From NCBI GenBank assembly GCA_963709405.1, contig CAVPXM010000030.1:32001-96000 (forward strand): 64,000 nt of DNA, read 5' to 3'. Under the pieces are notes generated by a model. That model searched no databases. It was not told the DNA's origin and saw nothing but the letters and a program-made list of their open reading frames with translations. This stretch comes from an uncultured Nitrososphaerales archaeon (GTDB lineage: Archaea > Thermoproteota > Nitrososphaeria > Nitrososphaerales > Nitrososphaeraceae). Position 1 is the first letter of the stretch, and every line of letters starts with the position of its first letter. Positions 11,857 to 22,649 of the stretch are shown in pieces. The position numbers were made by a program, and so were the translations under genes.

Positions 11857-12063
11857 ATGGTAGACTTAACGAAGCTAAAATACAAAGTCAATTATAATCA
11901 TTATACATATAATTTTAAAACGAAGAGATATGAGAGTAAAGAAGCAAGCTACTCAAGTTATGAGCAGGCTAGAGCAAATCAATGGAAATGCGAAAAATGT
12001 TGCAAACTATTCGCAACTCTCAAGCAACTTAGACTCCATAAACTGGAATATCATTCCTACTAG
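11857..12063 (+). CDS. Small C2H2 zinc-finger protein
   Basis: CEKCCKLFATLKQLRLHKLEYH. Confidence 0.75.
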   Translation: MVDLTKLKYKVNYNHYTYNFKTKRYESKEASYSSYEQARANQWKCEKCCKLFATLKQLRLHKLEYHSY

Positions 12064-12558
12064 TACATTTAGACGATGAACGCGTCAGTTCTGATTAGTG
12101 TACATTTTGATGTATTAGGTAAATGTTAGTTATTGCTTTTACTGATTGAGATTCTGATAAGTGGATCCAAAGATCAGTTGGTGAGGCTAATGCTAGACGA
12201 ACTGTTCGTGACTTGGCATGTTCGGCTCCGTATTGTCTAGTTACGTAGCCGCTTTACCTCCCTCCCATCGTAAGTTTGAATAATCTCTCATCGAGAGTTT
12301 ATTCAATTGAATACTGCCCAGAAATCTTTTATTCGACAGACCATGTATTACGAACCGAATTTATATCATGAGGTTGAGTATCTAAGCGTTAGTTTTTAAT
12401 GTTCTAATACCAACTACTCAATGTTGAGAACAATACAAGTAACGTAAAAAGGATATAAATCTTATCTAATAAAGATATGTAAGACAGAAATTTAAACGAA
12501 GCTAGGTAGTTATGTTAGCATATCATAAATACTTATTTTTTAACTTATAGTTGGCCAC

Positions 12559-12819
12559 TTGAAATATAGGAGCAGAACTGATATAATTGCAATGATTTTG
12601 GAGAGCGCAAATAGAGAAGGTGGGTCAACAAAGACTAAGATAATGTATAAAGCATTTTTGTCCTTCACTCAACTCAAGGAATATCTGATGGTTTTATCAC
12701 AAAACGATTTGCTACAATATGAGGAAATAAATCAGGTCTATAAAACTACAAGCAAAGGAATTCAATATTTAGATCTCTATAATAATATTGACGAACTGAG
12801 CAGTGCCAGCGTAGACTAA
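12559..12819 (+). CDS. Winged helix-turn-helix transcription regulator (ArnR1-like/HTH_45 family), paralog of 7713-7991
   Basis: KYRSRTDIIAMILE...KTKIMYKAFLSFTQLKEYL...YKTTSKG. Confidence 0.88.
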   Translation: MKYRSRTDIIAMILESANREGGSTKTKIMYKAFLSFTQLKEYLMVLSQNDLLQYEEINQVYKTTSKGIQYLDLYNNIDELSSASVD

Positions 12820-13390
12820 TGGCTCTAAGTATCTGATTATCAACTGTTTGAGACTAGTGTGATTCTGCTTTGTTGCATAACTAAGCAAACCTCAACTACT
12901 TGACGATAAGCCGATAACATTGTATTAATTAATATCATATATTTATCTCAAAAATGACTTTCTATACCATAAGAGACGAGGATGAGTCATGCAACAAAGC
13001 AGTGTGATTCTATTAAATTACACGTTAATCACGACGAGTTTGATAAAAAAAGAATCATAGATTGTAAATTTCATAAACATATGCGATTGATCTTTTCTGA
13101 TTTGAACGTGAACGAGAGTTGAATAATTTACATTTCTAAACTTTGATTTACGCCGTGGAAGTCATTTATTTGTTGAAATACAGGGATAATTTCTTTATGG
13201 AGGCGTGTATTAGTTGTCTTAATTCTGGAGTAACCGCTAGTCGGTTGACCATTCGACAAAATTCAATGTTTAGCAAATCATAATCAAAACCTTGATTTGT
13301 TACCATGACAATGCACTATAATACATTTACAATCAAAAAAAGAAATTGGATATTTCTGAATTACACTCGGTTGACAGCGATGTCGTCATT

Positions 13391-13954
13391 TTACGGTATG
13401 GATCTGCTGTATAATTTACCTTCGAGAGCTAGCTTGTACATCTCGGCTACATATGGATTCCTGGCTGGTGTTTCTGCTCCTAACTCCACTAAACGTGCAT
13501 ATACTCTTACTACATAAGCAAGAGCACCCATGAAAGCAACTACTACTCCCATGTTGAACATCCAATGGTTGGGGACTGAAAATATTTCTTCGACGAACCA
13601 GAAGTGCCACAATTCATTTATGCCTATTGTAAACATTGTAGCTAGATAACCGATGATAGTTATCTTCAGGCCAGTATTCATAGAGTTATTCGGTCCTCTT
13701 AGGATAGGCACTCTTCTATCGTACATTGCCACAAATCCCCATCCTAATGGAAGAGCAATGAAGTGGCTGTACAACCACCAGTGAGCTGGTGTAAATGCAC
13801 TATCTCTAATAGCTGTCTGATGTAGTGAGCCGTCGACGAAGTTATCTACTTCTACTGATGCAGCGATTGAACCAAGCATAATGACCATTATGTATATCTT
13901 TTTTAGTCTCTGTATTTCTACTTCTTTGGGAATCAGTGCTGGCATTTGTGCCAT
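13391..13954 (-). CDS. amoC: Archaeal ammonia monooxygenase subunit C
   Basis: MAQMPALIPKEVEIQRLKK, EVDNFVDGSLHQT.IRDSAFTPAHWWLYSHF and NELWHFWFVEE are hallmark AOA AmoC sequences. Confidence 0.97.
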   Translation of the reverse strand: MAQMPALIPKEVEIQRLKKIYIMVIMLGSIAASVEVDNFVDGSLHQTAIRDSAFTPAHWWLYSHFIALPLGWGFVAMYDRRVPILRGPNNSMNTGLKITIIGYLATMFTIGINELWHFWFVEEIFSVPNHWMFNMGVVVAFMGALAYVVRVYARLVELGAETPARNPYVAEMYKLALEGKLYSRSIP

Positions 13955-13984
13955 GTTAGTTCATAATTCATCATGTCTTTGCAT

Positions 13985-13992
13985 TACTTAAA
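13985..13992 (-). promoter_or_regulatory. TATA box of amoC (TTTAAGTA on the minus strand)
   Basis: About 31 nt upstream of the amoC ATG, a typical archaeal spacing. Confidence 0.55.
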
Positions 13993-14281
13993 GCTTATGT
14001 TAACAAAATTTCATTCGGAATTACACAACATTGAATCATTAAAGTATAATTGTAAATATATTGATATTCAAATCTAATAATTCAATAAAATTAATATCGT
14101 CAATGAGATTATCGATATTGATAATCATATATGCTAGACAAATGACTCACTATTATTCAAGGTTTTATAGAACGGTAGATCCTTCTCGACCCAGAATGGG
14201 CGATCTGAATTTGTAAGATGAATCCAAGATTCAACAGACATGGGTATATGGATAATATGAACAATCCGTAAAATCCTGTAT

Positions 14282-14776
14282 TTATTCATCGGGAACTTTT
14301 TTAAGTATGTCTTTGGATTGCCAAAAAGTCAGAAGTTCCCTAGCTTGTTCATATTCAAGCCAAACATAATCGACATGTTCTTGGGAAATTATTACTTGAT
14401 AATCATAAGTACTAACATGATAGAATTTGACCACCTTTTCGATCTCTACGCCCATCTTTAAGAAGATGTAGTTTACGTCACCAAGATAGTCTAATACCAC
14501 GAATTTGCTAATTCCAGTCTCTTCACGAATTTCTCTTCTAAGCGTGTCATAGTCTGTTTCGCCTTTCTCCCTACGACCTTTGACAAAGTTCCAGTCTCCT
14601 CTCGGACTTTTCATTAGTAAGAATTGTCTCGTTTTGGAATTGAGTCTTTTAGATCGTGAAGGCCCAAACGTCGATTGGTACGGAGTATATGAAATGACTG
14701 CACCCACAGATTCTTCATAACCTCGTTTCTTTATTTGCACTTCCATCATTCTATCCAATGAATCAGAACAAACCAA
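14282..14776 (-). CDS. NUDIX hydrolase (Ap4A hydrolase-like)
   Basis: Nudix box KGRREKGETDYDTLRREIREETGI; SQEHVDYVWL. Confidence 0.85.
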   Translation of the reverse strand: MVCSDSLDRMMEVQIKKRGYEESVGAVISYTPYQSTFGPSRSKRLNSKTRQFLLMKSPRGDWNFVKGRREKGETDYDTLRREIREETGISKFVVLDYLGDVNYIFLKMGVEIEKVVKFYHVSTYDYQVIISQEHVDYVWLEYEQARELLTFWQSKDILKKVPDE

Positions 14777-14838
14777 CTGTACCTTGAGATCAATTTTGCC
14801 AAATATCTTATGGAATGTGTTATATCAACAACAAATTT

Positions 14839-15583
14839 TTAAGTGCATCTAAATGAATCAGCCGAGAACCCGTCGCTTTTATCATCTTTTGACATGTGAT
14901 TAGCATCTAATACCGCATCGATATCGCATTTTGAAATAGATGTTGATTCGTCGTTTAGTGTAGGAGACATTAAGTCACCATTGAAATTTGCATGGCCTAA
15001 ACCAAGTGCATGTCCCAGCTCATGTTTTGCAATTTGTTCAGTCGTACCAAAGTCTAATTTGTCACCAAAAATAGATTTCGATATCGTTGTTACTGCATCA
15101 GTAATCATGCCATTTTGAAGGTTATAATTAATTCGTGTTGCTCCGGGCGCTATAGCCTTCAAACTAATTCCTTTATTAGCTGAGCTTCATATGCCCCACA
15201 CTACCATCTTGGGAAAATTTTGAATTAAACTTCAACGTTATATCTGCGTTAGTGTCAGAAGAGTCTAGTTCATTGAACCTTAGACCCTCAATGTTCCTGG
15301 TCCAATCATCTATAGCACTGTGCACTGCTTGTTCCGTCATAGCATTTCCGCCTATGATCCTATATGTTACGCCTTCACCGCTAATCTTATTAGCTCCCCA
15401 ACCACAACAAATTTGGATCGACTGTTCGTTATTTGATAGATCGTTATTGCCATGACCAAACGAACGTACTGATTTAGATTTTTTTGCTTCTACTTGATGG
15501 TTATAATTGTGCACATCAATAGCCGGTAATGCGATAAATACAGACATTACAATAATGATAAATAGCGAGATCTTGAAGAACAA
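14839..15583 (-). CDS. Secreted matrixin-like (M10) zinc metalloprotease, split by a frameshift near 15180
   Basis: Signal peptide and ADITLKF in ORF 15176-15583; HELGHALGLGH plus Met-turn (DLMSP) in ORF 14839-15162. Confidence 0.8.
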
Positions 15584-16007
15584 TATAACTCTCTTGACGT
15601 CCAGCTCTTTAAACTTACTGTTTTTATTAGGTTTCGTTTCCCTGTGTTAGTTGTACCATGGTCTATAACTTCTGAAGTAATCATTCACGAAATATTATTT
15701 GTAAGGGTTGTGTTCAATAATCTTTATCCGGTATCTTTGAATCATTACTCCTGTTACATCTACGTATTCCAAGAACGAGTCGGCTCAATATACTGGATGA
15801 TAAATAATTGTATTATGGTAGACATAATGAGAGGCTAAGTAATGATAGTATTCGTTGCTTGTTGAGTTAATTATGGACAACACTTCAATTCAGATCGAAC
15901 GAGGATCTAGTTCGATACCAGGGCTAAAATTGAGACGACCACTTTCTACTAGAACCAATAGCATCCCATTGTGATCTCTTATTAAAAATGTCCTTCCTTA
16001 TCTAAAG

Positions 16008-19000
16008 CTATTGATCATCAGTCCCACTTTTATTGATTTCAGTATTGTCTATCCTTGTTAGTTGATATACGCTCTTTTTTAAGTCAATTATGCTTCTCGT
16101 ATAAAATACCGCACTAAATATAATACCAGCAGCAACAGCTGGCCCGATAATATCAGCATAGCGGAAACCCAATTGAGGAATCCCATTGTTTTTATTAATT
16201 AAATTCCTATTATCAGTGCTAATGGATGAAGATACCTGACTTGAGCTTGAACTCGCTTGTAATGTACCTGTGACAGCATTTACTGTGCCAAGTGAATTAC
16301 CTCTTTGTTCTGCAAACCATATATTTCCATTAGAGTCTGCAGTTAACCATTGAGTGAAGGGGTTTTTTGCTGGAAGATCAATATCTTTATGTTCTCCGGT
16401 TGTAGTATCAATAATCGATATTTTATTTATGACATGTTCTGCAATCCACAGATTATGGTAACCATCTAGTGCCATTCCAAATGGCAGGCCTTTAGGATTT
16501 AGTCCTGCGTATCGTTTGAACGTCTTTAATACAGGATCAAAAACACTCACTGCATGACCGTCGTGTTCTGAGATATATATATTGCCAGTATCTGGATCGA
16601 TAAGCAAAGCCGTAGGACTCTTCAATGAGCCATTAGTATTAATATTTTCATTCGTTACCGGATATTCTGCTATCTTATATCCATTGTTAGTATCTATGCT
16701 TCCAATCTTTCCGGAACCACCTTCGGCAAACCAAATCAAACCCTCGTTATCAGCAGCGATGCCTAGCGGGCCGGCATTCGACGTCGGTAAGAGATACTTA
16801 GTAAAAATTTTTGATTGCGCATTGAACCTTAATATCTCATTATCAGCGGGTAATGTTATCCAGATATTGGTGTCTGTACTATTATTGCCGGTATTGGCGA
16901 CCGTAATACCAGATGGTGGCCCTTGACTTTGTATTCGATAGAGAGTATTTCTATTGGTATTAGGATCATAGTTTCCTAGATTCCTGTTCAATGGATCAAT
17001 GTACCAAATATCGTTATTATGATTTGAATTAAGAGCAATACCTGTAACAATACTTGTTGCATTAAGTTTATGAGAATAATATTTACCACTACTCAGATTG
17101 AATGCCAACAGTCTTCCACTACCTATGGCAGTATCGCCAACCCAGATTACATTTCTATTTCTGTCATAAACCGGATAAAGCGGTTGGCTCACTGTACCAT
17201 TAGTGTTCAAATCTGAGGGAATACGAAATTCTTTAACATTGAATTTCGTCTGATCAAGAGACGGTTTGACTAACAAGTCATAAGTACCCACAACATTTGG
17301 TTCATTTTTTTTATTCGGCGTGCCCTCAATCTGAATTTCCCATTTTCCAGGCAATCCAAAAGATGCACTAGCTGAAAATACACCTTTGGAAGAAGAGACT
17401 CGTTTGGTATCGACTTCAATCGGCCCGATACCCTTATCAGTTTGCGTAAATCTCATCTTCGCTGAACTAATGTCTACTGGATTCCATGTTGAATTCAAAA
17501 ACTTTATTTGGAAATTGTTACTGCCGGGTGCGAAAGGATCTACGGAAAGAGTAATGATATCTCCGTCTTCAGTAAAAGTAGTTGAAGTAAATGGTTTGTT
17601 GCTTGATTGTACAGGGATGAATTGACTATTCTCATACTGTTGCTTCTGTTGTTGTATGAGATTCTGAAACTCACTTGCCGGCAATCCACTATTGACCATT
17701 ACTGCTACAGCTAGAAGTAGTGCAATCCCGATTAAGGCTTCTATCTTTGTAGTCTTATCGAATTTTGATATCGCTGTCGGGGCCAGTGATGGAGAGCTGA
17801 AATTTTCGCCATTACTTCTCTTATTCTCGCTAACGTCTGGGTGAGTTAATTTCTCTTGTGAAGACGTGTCTGTGCCAAAGTATCGCCTAAATGTTCTTTT
17901 ATTCTTGCTGATTCTTTTTTTTCCTTCCAGAGTCGCTTTAATCGCGATAATTGTCGATTCCTTCAAGGCTTGAGGATAAATTCTAGCCTGATTATATCCT
18001 CCAATAGATATCATCACTGCCGCAAGGGATAGTTTAATAATCAAAACTTTTCCATAGAAAGAAGCTAAGGTCAATGCCAGATTGTTTTCCAATATATACA
18101 ACAAAAATGGTCCGGTAATTACAATCACCCCTAGTACCGTTACTGGTATCGTGGAAAACCTGGGAATTATTACTGATAAAATCGAAGCTTTTATACGTTC
18201 ATCTAGGTTTCCTCGTTTTATGCTAGGTACTACTACAAAAGCAAGATATATCAATCCACCAATCCAAAAAGAAGCCGCCAAATTGTGAATAAAATCTATA
18301 ATAATTGATGTAAACGCATTTCCTGATACAGCTGCACCGTGGCTAATTAGACTTGTGGTAAACAGCGTGAGAACACCAATTATCAAGAAGCTAGTGACCA
18401 CTTTCGTAGAAAGTCTAATTGAGGAATAGTTTGACTCGAGTTTCTTACTATTCTTTCCAAAGTTTTTTATGGTTGCAAATCTCAATATTCCTTGCCTATA
18501 ACAAAATAGCATGGACATACTAACTAATATAAACGAAAGAACCGTTCTAATGATCCAGACGCTTCCAAATTTGGTAGCTATAGCATCACCAATTGTTGCG
18601 TTTATGGAAGACGCTTGAACAGATATCATGGCAATATCTGAGAAAATCAGAATTAATGAGCCAACGAGCATCAAAACATAGAAATTGCGATCAATTCGAT
18701 ATTTCGTTACTGTGAAAGAAGTATTTAGCCAGTCAATCCTAGTTAAAGGCTTCCATATCCACAGAGCTAGGAACGCCCCACCTACTACGATCACCTGACC
18801 TACTAGGGTAGGAAATCTTGCAATCGCATCAGGAATCGAAAGCTGCGAAGACGGTGTAGCACTGGATCCAGATGCTCCCATAGTACTGGGAATCGTAGCC
18901 TTACCAACCCCAAAAACGAATGCATTATCAGTAACATGACCGTCCACCTCTGACAACATTTTTGTAGATACTGTGTAGATTCCATCACCAATACCTGCTG

Positions 19001-19400
19001 GCAAGGTTAGGCTCAGTGAAGTATGGTCGCCATTAACATAATGTAGGTCTTTTTTATCTACTTCCTTTCCATTTGAATCGACAACTGAAACCTTGCTATA
19101 ACGTACATCTACTGGTTCACTTAACGATACTTGAACCTTCGAGGGCGGTGTTTTTAATGTTTGTGATGGCGACGGATCGCTATTTATTACAAATGCGTGT
19201 CCATATGAATTCTGAAGCAAAAATGGTGTAAACATTAGAACAAAAATTGAAAAAGACATAGCCACGATTACGATCAAGACAAAAAGATTATTCCTATCTT
19301 TACCTGACTGGATATTGATTCCATCAGTCATACACAGTACACCTCCAATTATGTAGGGATCATTAGAATTTATAGTATTTGAGAATTTTATTCCTGACAT
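16008..19400 (-). CDS. Copper resistance/uptake CopC-CopD fusion with a YtkA-like domain and a C-terminal Vgb-like beta-propeller
   Basis: GHAFVINSDPSP...LSEVDGHVT (CopC); SHGAA, IHNLAASFWIGGL and YGKVLIIKL (CopD); FGLPGKWEIQI; repeated P.GIA.D..G.IWFAE blades. Confidence 0.88.
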   Translation of the reverse strand: MSGIKFSNTINSNDPYIIGGVLCMTDGINIQSGKDRNNLFVLIVIVAMSFSIFVLMFTPFLLQNSYGHAFVINSDPSPSQTLKTPPSKVQVSLSEPVDVRYSKVSVVDSNGKEVDKKDLHYVNGDHTSLSLTLPAGIGDGIYTVSTKMLSEVDGHVTDNAFVFGVGKATIPSTMGASGSSATPSSQLSIPDAIARFPTLVGQVIVVGGAFLALWIWKPLTRIDWLNTSFTVTKYRIDRNFYVLMLVGSLILIFSDIAMISVQASSINATIGDAIATKFGSVWIIRTVLSFILVSMSMLFCYRQGILRFATIKNFGKNSKKLESNYSSIRLSTKVVTSFLIIGVLTLFTTSLISHGAAVSGNAFTSIIIDFIHNLAASFWIGGLIYLAFVVVPSIKRGNLDERIKASILSVIIPRFSTIPVTVLGVIVITGPFLLYILENNLALTLASFYGKVLIIKLSLAAVMISIGGYNQARIYPQALKESTIIAIKATLEGKKRISKNKRTFRRYFGTDTSSQEKLTHPDVSENKRSNGENFSSPSLAPTAISKFDKTTKIEALIGIALLLAVAVMVNSGLPASEFQNLIQQQKQQYENSQFIPVQSSNKPFTSTTFTEDGDIITLSVDPFAPGSNNFQIKFLNSTWNPVDISSAKMRFTQTDKGIGPIEVDTKRVSSSKGVFSASASFGLPGKWEIQIEGTPNKKNEPNVVGTYDLLVKPSLDQTKFNVKEFRIPSDLNTNGTVSQPLYPVYDRNRNVIWVGDTAIGSGRLLAFNLSSGKYYSHKLNATSIVTGIALNSNHNNDIWYIDPLNRNLGNYDPNTNRNTLYRIQSQGPPSGITVANTGNNSTDTNIWITLPADNEILRFNAQSKIFTKYLLPTSNAGPLGIAADNEGLIWFAEGGSGKIGSIDTNNGYKIAEYPVTNENINTNGSLKSPTALLIDPDTGNIYISEHDGHAVSVFDPVLKTFKRYAGLNPKGLPFGMALDGYHNLWIAEHVINKISIIDTTTGEHKDIDLPAKNPFTQWLTADSNGNIWFAEQRGNSLGTVNAVTGTLQASSSSSQVSSSISTDNRNLINKNNGIPQLGFRYADIIGPAVAAGIIFSAVFYTRSIIDLKKSVYQLTRIDNTEINKSGTDDQ

Positions 19401-19407
19401 TCGACGA

Positions 19408-20244
19408 ATGAACCAACAAATTTATAGGAATATGACTCCGTTAGTAGTGGAGGTCATAACCATCAATTTTTGTGACACAGCGAACAAATATGCCAACTCC
19501 TTCTCTTTGTTTGCAGCCCTTATCAGTATTCTAATAGTCTCTGCGTTCAGTGGGCATTACCTTTTTAACTTATCAGGCGCACCTGCTTATGCACACATAA
19601 CGAAGCAGATTGGAAATATCAAAGTCGAAGTTGGCTGGTCTGATGAACCACCATTAACTGGACAAGTTAACAACATTATAGTCGCTGTCAACAAAACATC
19701 AGCTGGTGGACGGGAATCAGCGATAATAAATGCATTGGCTGATCTTGACATAAAGGAAAGATACGGCAGTATTACAAAATCGGTAGATTTTATACCATCC
19801 GAACAGGCCGAAGGTGTATACGAATCAAAAATAATACCTACTAGGGTTGGCTCCTACAGTCTTGTTATGAATGGTACCATTCAAGGAGAGAAGTTGTCAA
19901 ATGTAGAAATACCGTTAGATCTTGTAGAGGGCACACAAAAAATCTCATTCCCCAACACTTCAGGTTCTAATACTGTAACTTCAGGTGTGCAAGCAGCAAG
20001 TAACAATATCGGGCCTAAATTACAGACAATCATTAGTGGTATCTCAAATGATGTCGGCTCATCTAAATCCGATATCCAATTATTGGCTAAGAATATGGCT
20101 AATATTCAGAAATCGGCTTTAGATATGAAAAACTCTGTCGATCGGTTATACATGATCGCAATGCTAGGTATCGGCGCAGGAATTGCAGGCATTATAATAG
20201 CAGCTGCGTCCCTCTCACGTAAGCAAGTCTTTGGTCTTCACTAG
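19408..20244 (+). CDS. Secreted or membrane-anchored hypothetical protein with a predicted mature N-terminal His
   Basis: Hydrophobic leader ending AYA|H, an Ig-like region (VEVGWSDEPP...IIPTRVGSY), a coiled coil and a C-terminal TM helix. Confidence 0.7.
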   Translation: MNQQIYRNMTPLVVEVITINFCDTANKYANSFSLFAALISILIVSAFSGHYLFNLSGAPAYAHITKQIGNIKVEVGWSDEPPLTGQVNNIIVAVNKTSAGGRESAIINALADLDIKERYGSITKSVDFIPSEQAEGVYESKIIPTRVGSYSLVMNGTIQGEKLSNVEIPLDLVEGTQKISFPNTSGSNTVTSGVQAASNNIGPKLQTIISGISNDVGSSKSDIQLLAKNMANIQKSALDMKNSVDRLYMIAMLGIGAGIAGIIIAAASLSRKQVFGLH

Positions 20245-20395
20245 ACTCGGATCTTGTAGTTTGGAAGACTAAACTGCATCTTTTCAATACTTGACAGCAT
20301 AAACCTGCGATTTCGTAAGAGTAGTTGACCTAGTTAGATTCCGAAATTTAATGTTGCAAAAGTTAATATGTCGCTAGAGATATTACTAGTGATAT

Positions 20396-20935
20396 ATGAA
20401 AGAACTTGTCTCGAAATGGTTAGGCAAGGTGGGGAGTTCCATCCCAAGGGGATTTTCGCGATATTATATTTTGAATTTATTGAAAGAGCAACCCATGTCC
20501 GGAAAAGAAATCATTAACAGGGCCAGTTTACAAAGTAGTGGTAAATGGAAGCCTTCGCCTGGCTTGATCTATCCGATACTGGGAAGACTACTTCAGGAAG
20601 GACTAATAAAAGAAGAAGGCGATGGTAGATACAAGATTACATCCAAGGGAGTAGAGATGGCTGCAGACATCGAGTCAATAGGAAATATTGTAAAGAAACA
20701 GCTGGATGTGATGCTTAAAGTAGGTGATACTGGCAAGTTTATGGCGCAGGACTTGATCGATAGAGCTTATACTATCGGATCGGCAATAAGTTCCAATTTG
20801 GACAAGATGACTACAGAAGAGCGAATCAGGTACAAACAGGTCCTGGCAGATGAATTGCATAAGGTAGAGGCAGGGACTACCGAAGTTGATGAAACTAATC
20901 AGGGGCTAAATGGAAAATCAATAGATGTAGAATAG
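20396..20935 (+). CDS. PadR-family transcriptional regulator
   Basis: RYYILNLLKEQPMSGKEI...WKPSPGLIYPILGRL..EGLI...YKITSKG. Confidence 0.9.
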   Translation: MKELVSKWLGKVGSSIPRGFSRYYILNLLKEQPMSGKEIINRASLQSSGKWKPSPGLIYPILGRLLQEGLIKEEGDGRYKITSKGVEMAADIESIGNIVKKQLDVMLKVGDTGKFMAQDLIDRAYTIGSAISSNLDKMTTEERIRYKQVLADELHKVEAGTTEVDETNQGLNGKSIDVE

Positions 20936-21632
20936 ATGGCTTGAAATTGTTTCAAGCGACTTGAAAGGCATTCCATATGATTCTGCGGACTCAGTAGTTA
21001 TGTTTCCCTCGTCCGGCTCACTATTTTAGCTAATATATTAGGCATAACTATCGACTATCACCGTTAACCTTTGATTCGGGACAATTAGTGGGGTAATTTG
21101 AAATAATATGAGCTTGTCTGCTCATAGCATAAATATATACTTCAATTGTGTTTTATCATAGATCCACGATTCACAAACGATTCGTATCTCCGTACCACTC
21201 TATTTTATTAATTAACTAATTTACCAATCCAATTCTAGATATTACGCGAGTGTTTTGTAATATGCTTATTTTCTTCTATTACCATGAATACCCATTGATG
21301 CCTGTACTTTAATTCGCTAAGAACTTTTGAATGTGCTACGTGAAAACTCAGTTTAATTATCATTATATATCTACTTTTCACTATATCCAATGTTATTACA
21401 TTTCTACAGAAATGTCGATTATATTAGGATGCCAAAATGTCAAATAGGTCAGTTAATCCTCAGTTTACTAATCGACATTGGTGTTCATACACGCACGATT
21501 AACCATAATTCTAAATGGCAAAATAGAAATTAACAAATATTGCTTATAGAATGCTTATTCTCAGAGATGCAGAGAGCATTGGTTTCTAATCATCTATGTG
21601 TATTATCAGAGTTTCGTGTAAAAATCGCCTAA

Positions 21633-22649
21633 TCACAGCATATAAAACATCTTCTTGATATCTGCAAACCTCTTTCTGAGGGTTACCATGCTGGTGCCAG
21701 CAGCTATAGCCATTTGTTCTTGCGTTATTCTTTCACCCTCTCTTATACATGCAGCATATAGTACAGCAACAGCTAATGCATTTGGATGCTTTCCTATAGC
21801 CATATGATCTTCATTTACTCTAGCTAACATCTCTAGCGCCCTCCTGTATGTCCTCTCACTCACTTCGGCTTTGCTAGCTATCTTTGACAGGTAGCTACTT
21901 GTGAGTACCACCGGAAGGGATTGAAGTTTGAGATGTCTTACGAGTAAACGATAACACTTGCTCACAAATGTTAGATCGCTATTTATGACTGTGGAAATTT
22001 CATCAAGCGTTCTTGGAACACTTAGTTCTCTGCATGCAACATAGACAGAAGCAACGACCATTCCCTCGATTGATCTGCCTTTAATCAGATTCTTGTCGAG
22101 GGCTTTACGGTAATAATATGCAGCCTTTTCTGTTACTGGATCTGTTAAAGAAAGTTTGTCTTTAATTCGTGACATAATTTCGAAAGCATTATTTAGATTC
22201 CTCGCTGACTTATTATTATTATAGGTAGAAATCCTATTCCAACGACGCATTGCTCTTACTTTGTTAATTTGCTCTTGACTAAGCGCAGTCCCGTTCGCGT
22301 CCACGTTCGAATAGGATATGAATGTTGATAAACCCATATCATGAATAGCAAGTGAAGTAGGCATTCCAGTTCTCTCTTTCAGTTTAATATCTTCAAATTT
22401 ATGGATTCTCCATTCTGCTTCTAAAGATTGCATATTATCATATATTACCATACCACAATTGCTACAAACAACCTCGCCAGTCTCGGCGTCAAATATAGTA
22501 AGGCTACTACTGCAAAGGGAACAAATAGTGCTCAAATCAGAAGAGATATTGCCATGGACTAAAATATCTTCATCATTTAGATTAAGTTGTTTTGCAGATC
22601 CCTGGAAACCATCTGAACTTCCTTCACATAAAGATGATCTGTTATACAT
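21633..22649 (-). CDS. tfb: Transcription initiation factor IIB paralog
   Basis: Zn ribbon CSLC...GEVVCSNCG, EWR, HDMGLST, and cyclin repeats (KGRSIEGMVVASVYVACR). Confidence 0.93.
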   Translation of the reverse strand: MYNRSSLCEGSSDGFQGSAKQLNLNDEDILVHGNISSDLSTICSLCSSSLTIFDAETGEVVCSNCGMVIYDNMQSLEAEWRIHKFEDIKLKERTGMPTSLAIHDMGLSTFISYSNVDANGTALSQEQINKVRAMRRWNRISTYNNNKSARNLNNAFEIMSRIKDKLSLTDPVTEKAAYYYRKALDKNLIKGRSIEGMVVASVYVACRELSVPRTLDEISTVINSDLTFVSKCYRLLVRHLKLQSLPVVLTSSYLSKIASKAEVSERTYRRALEMLARVNEDHMAIGKHPNALAVAVLYAACIREGERITQEQMAIAAGTSMVTLRKRFADIKKMFYML

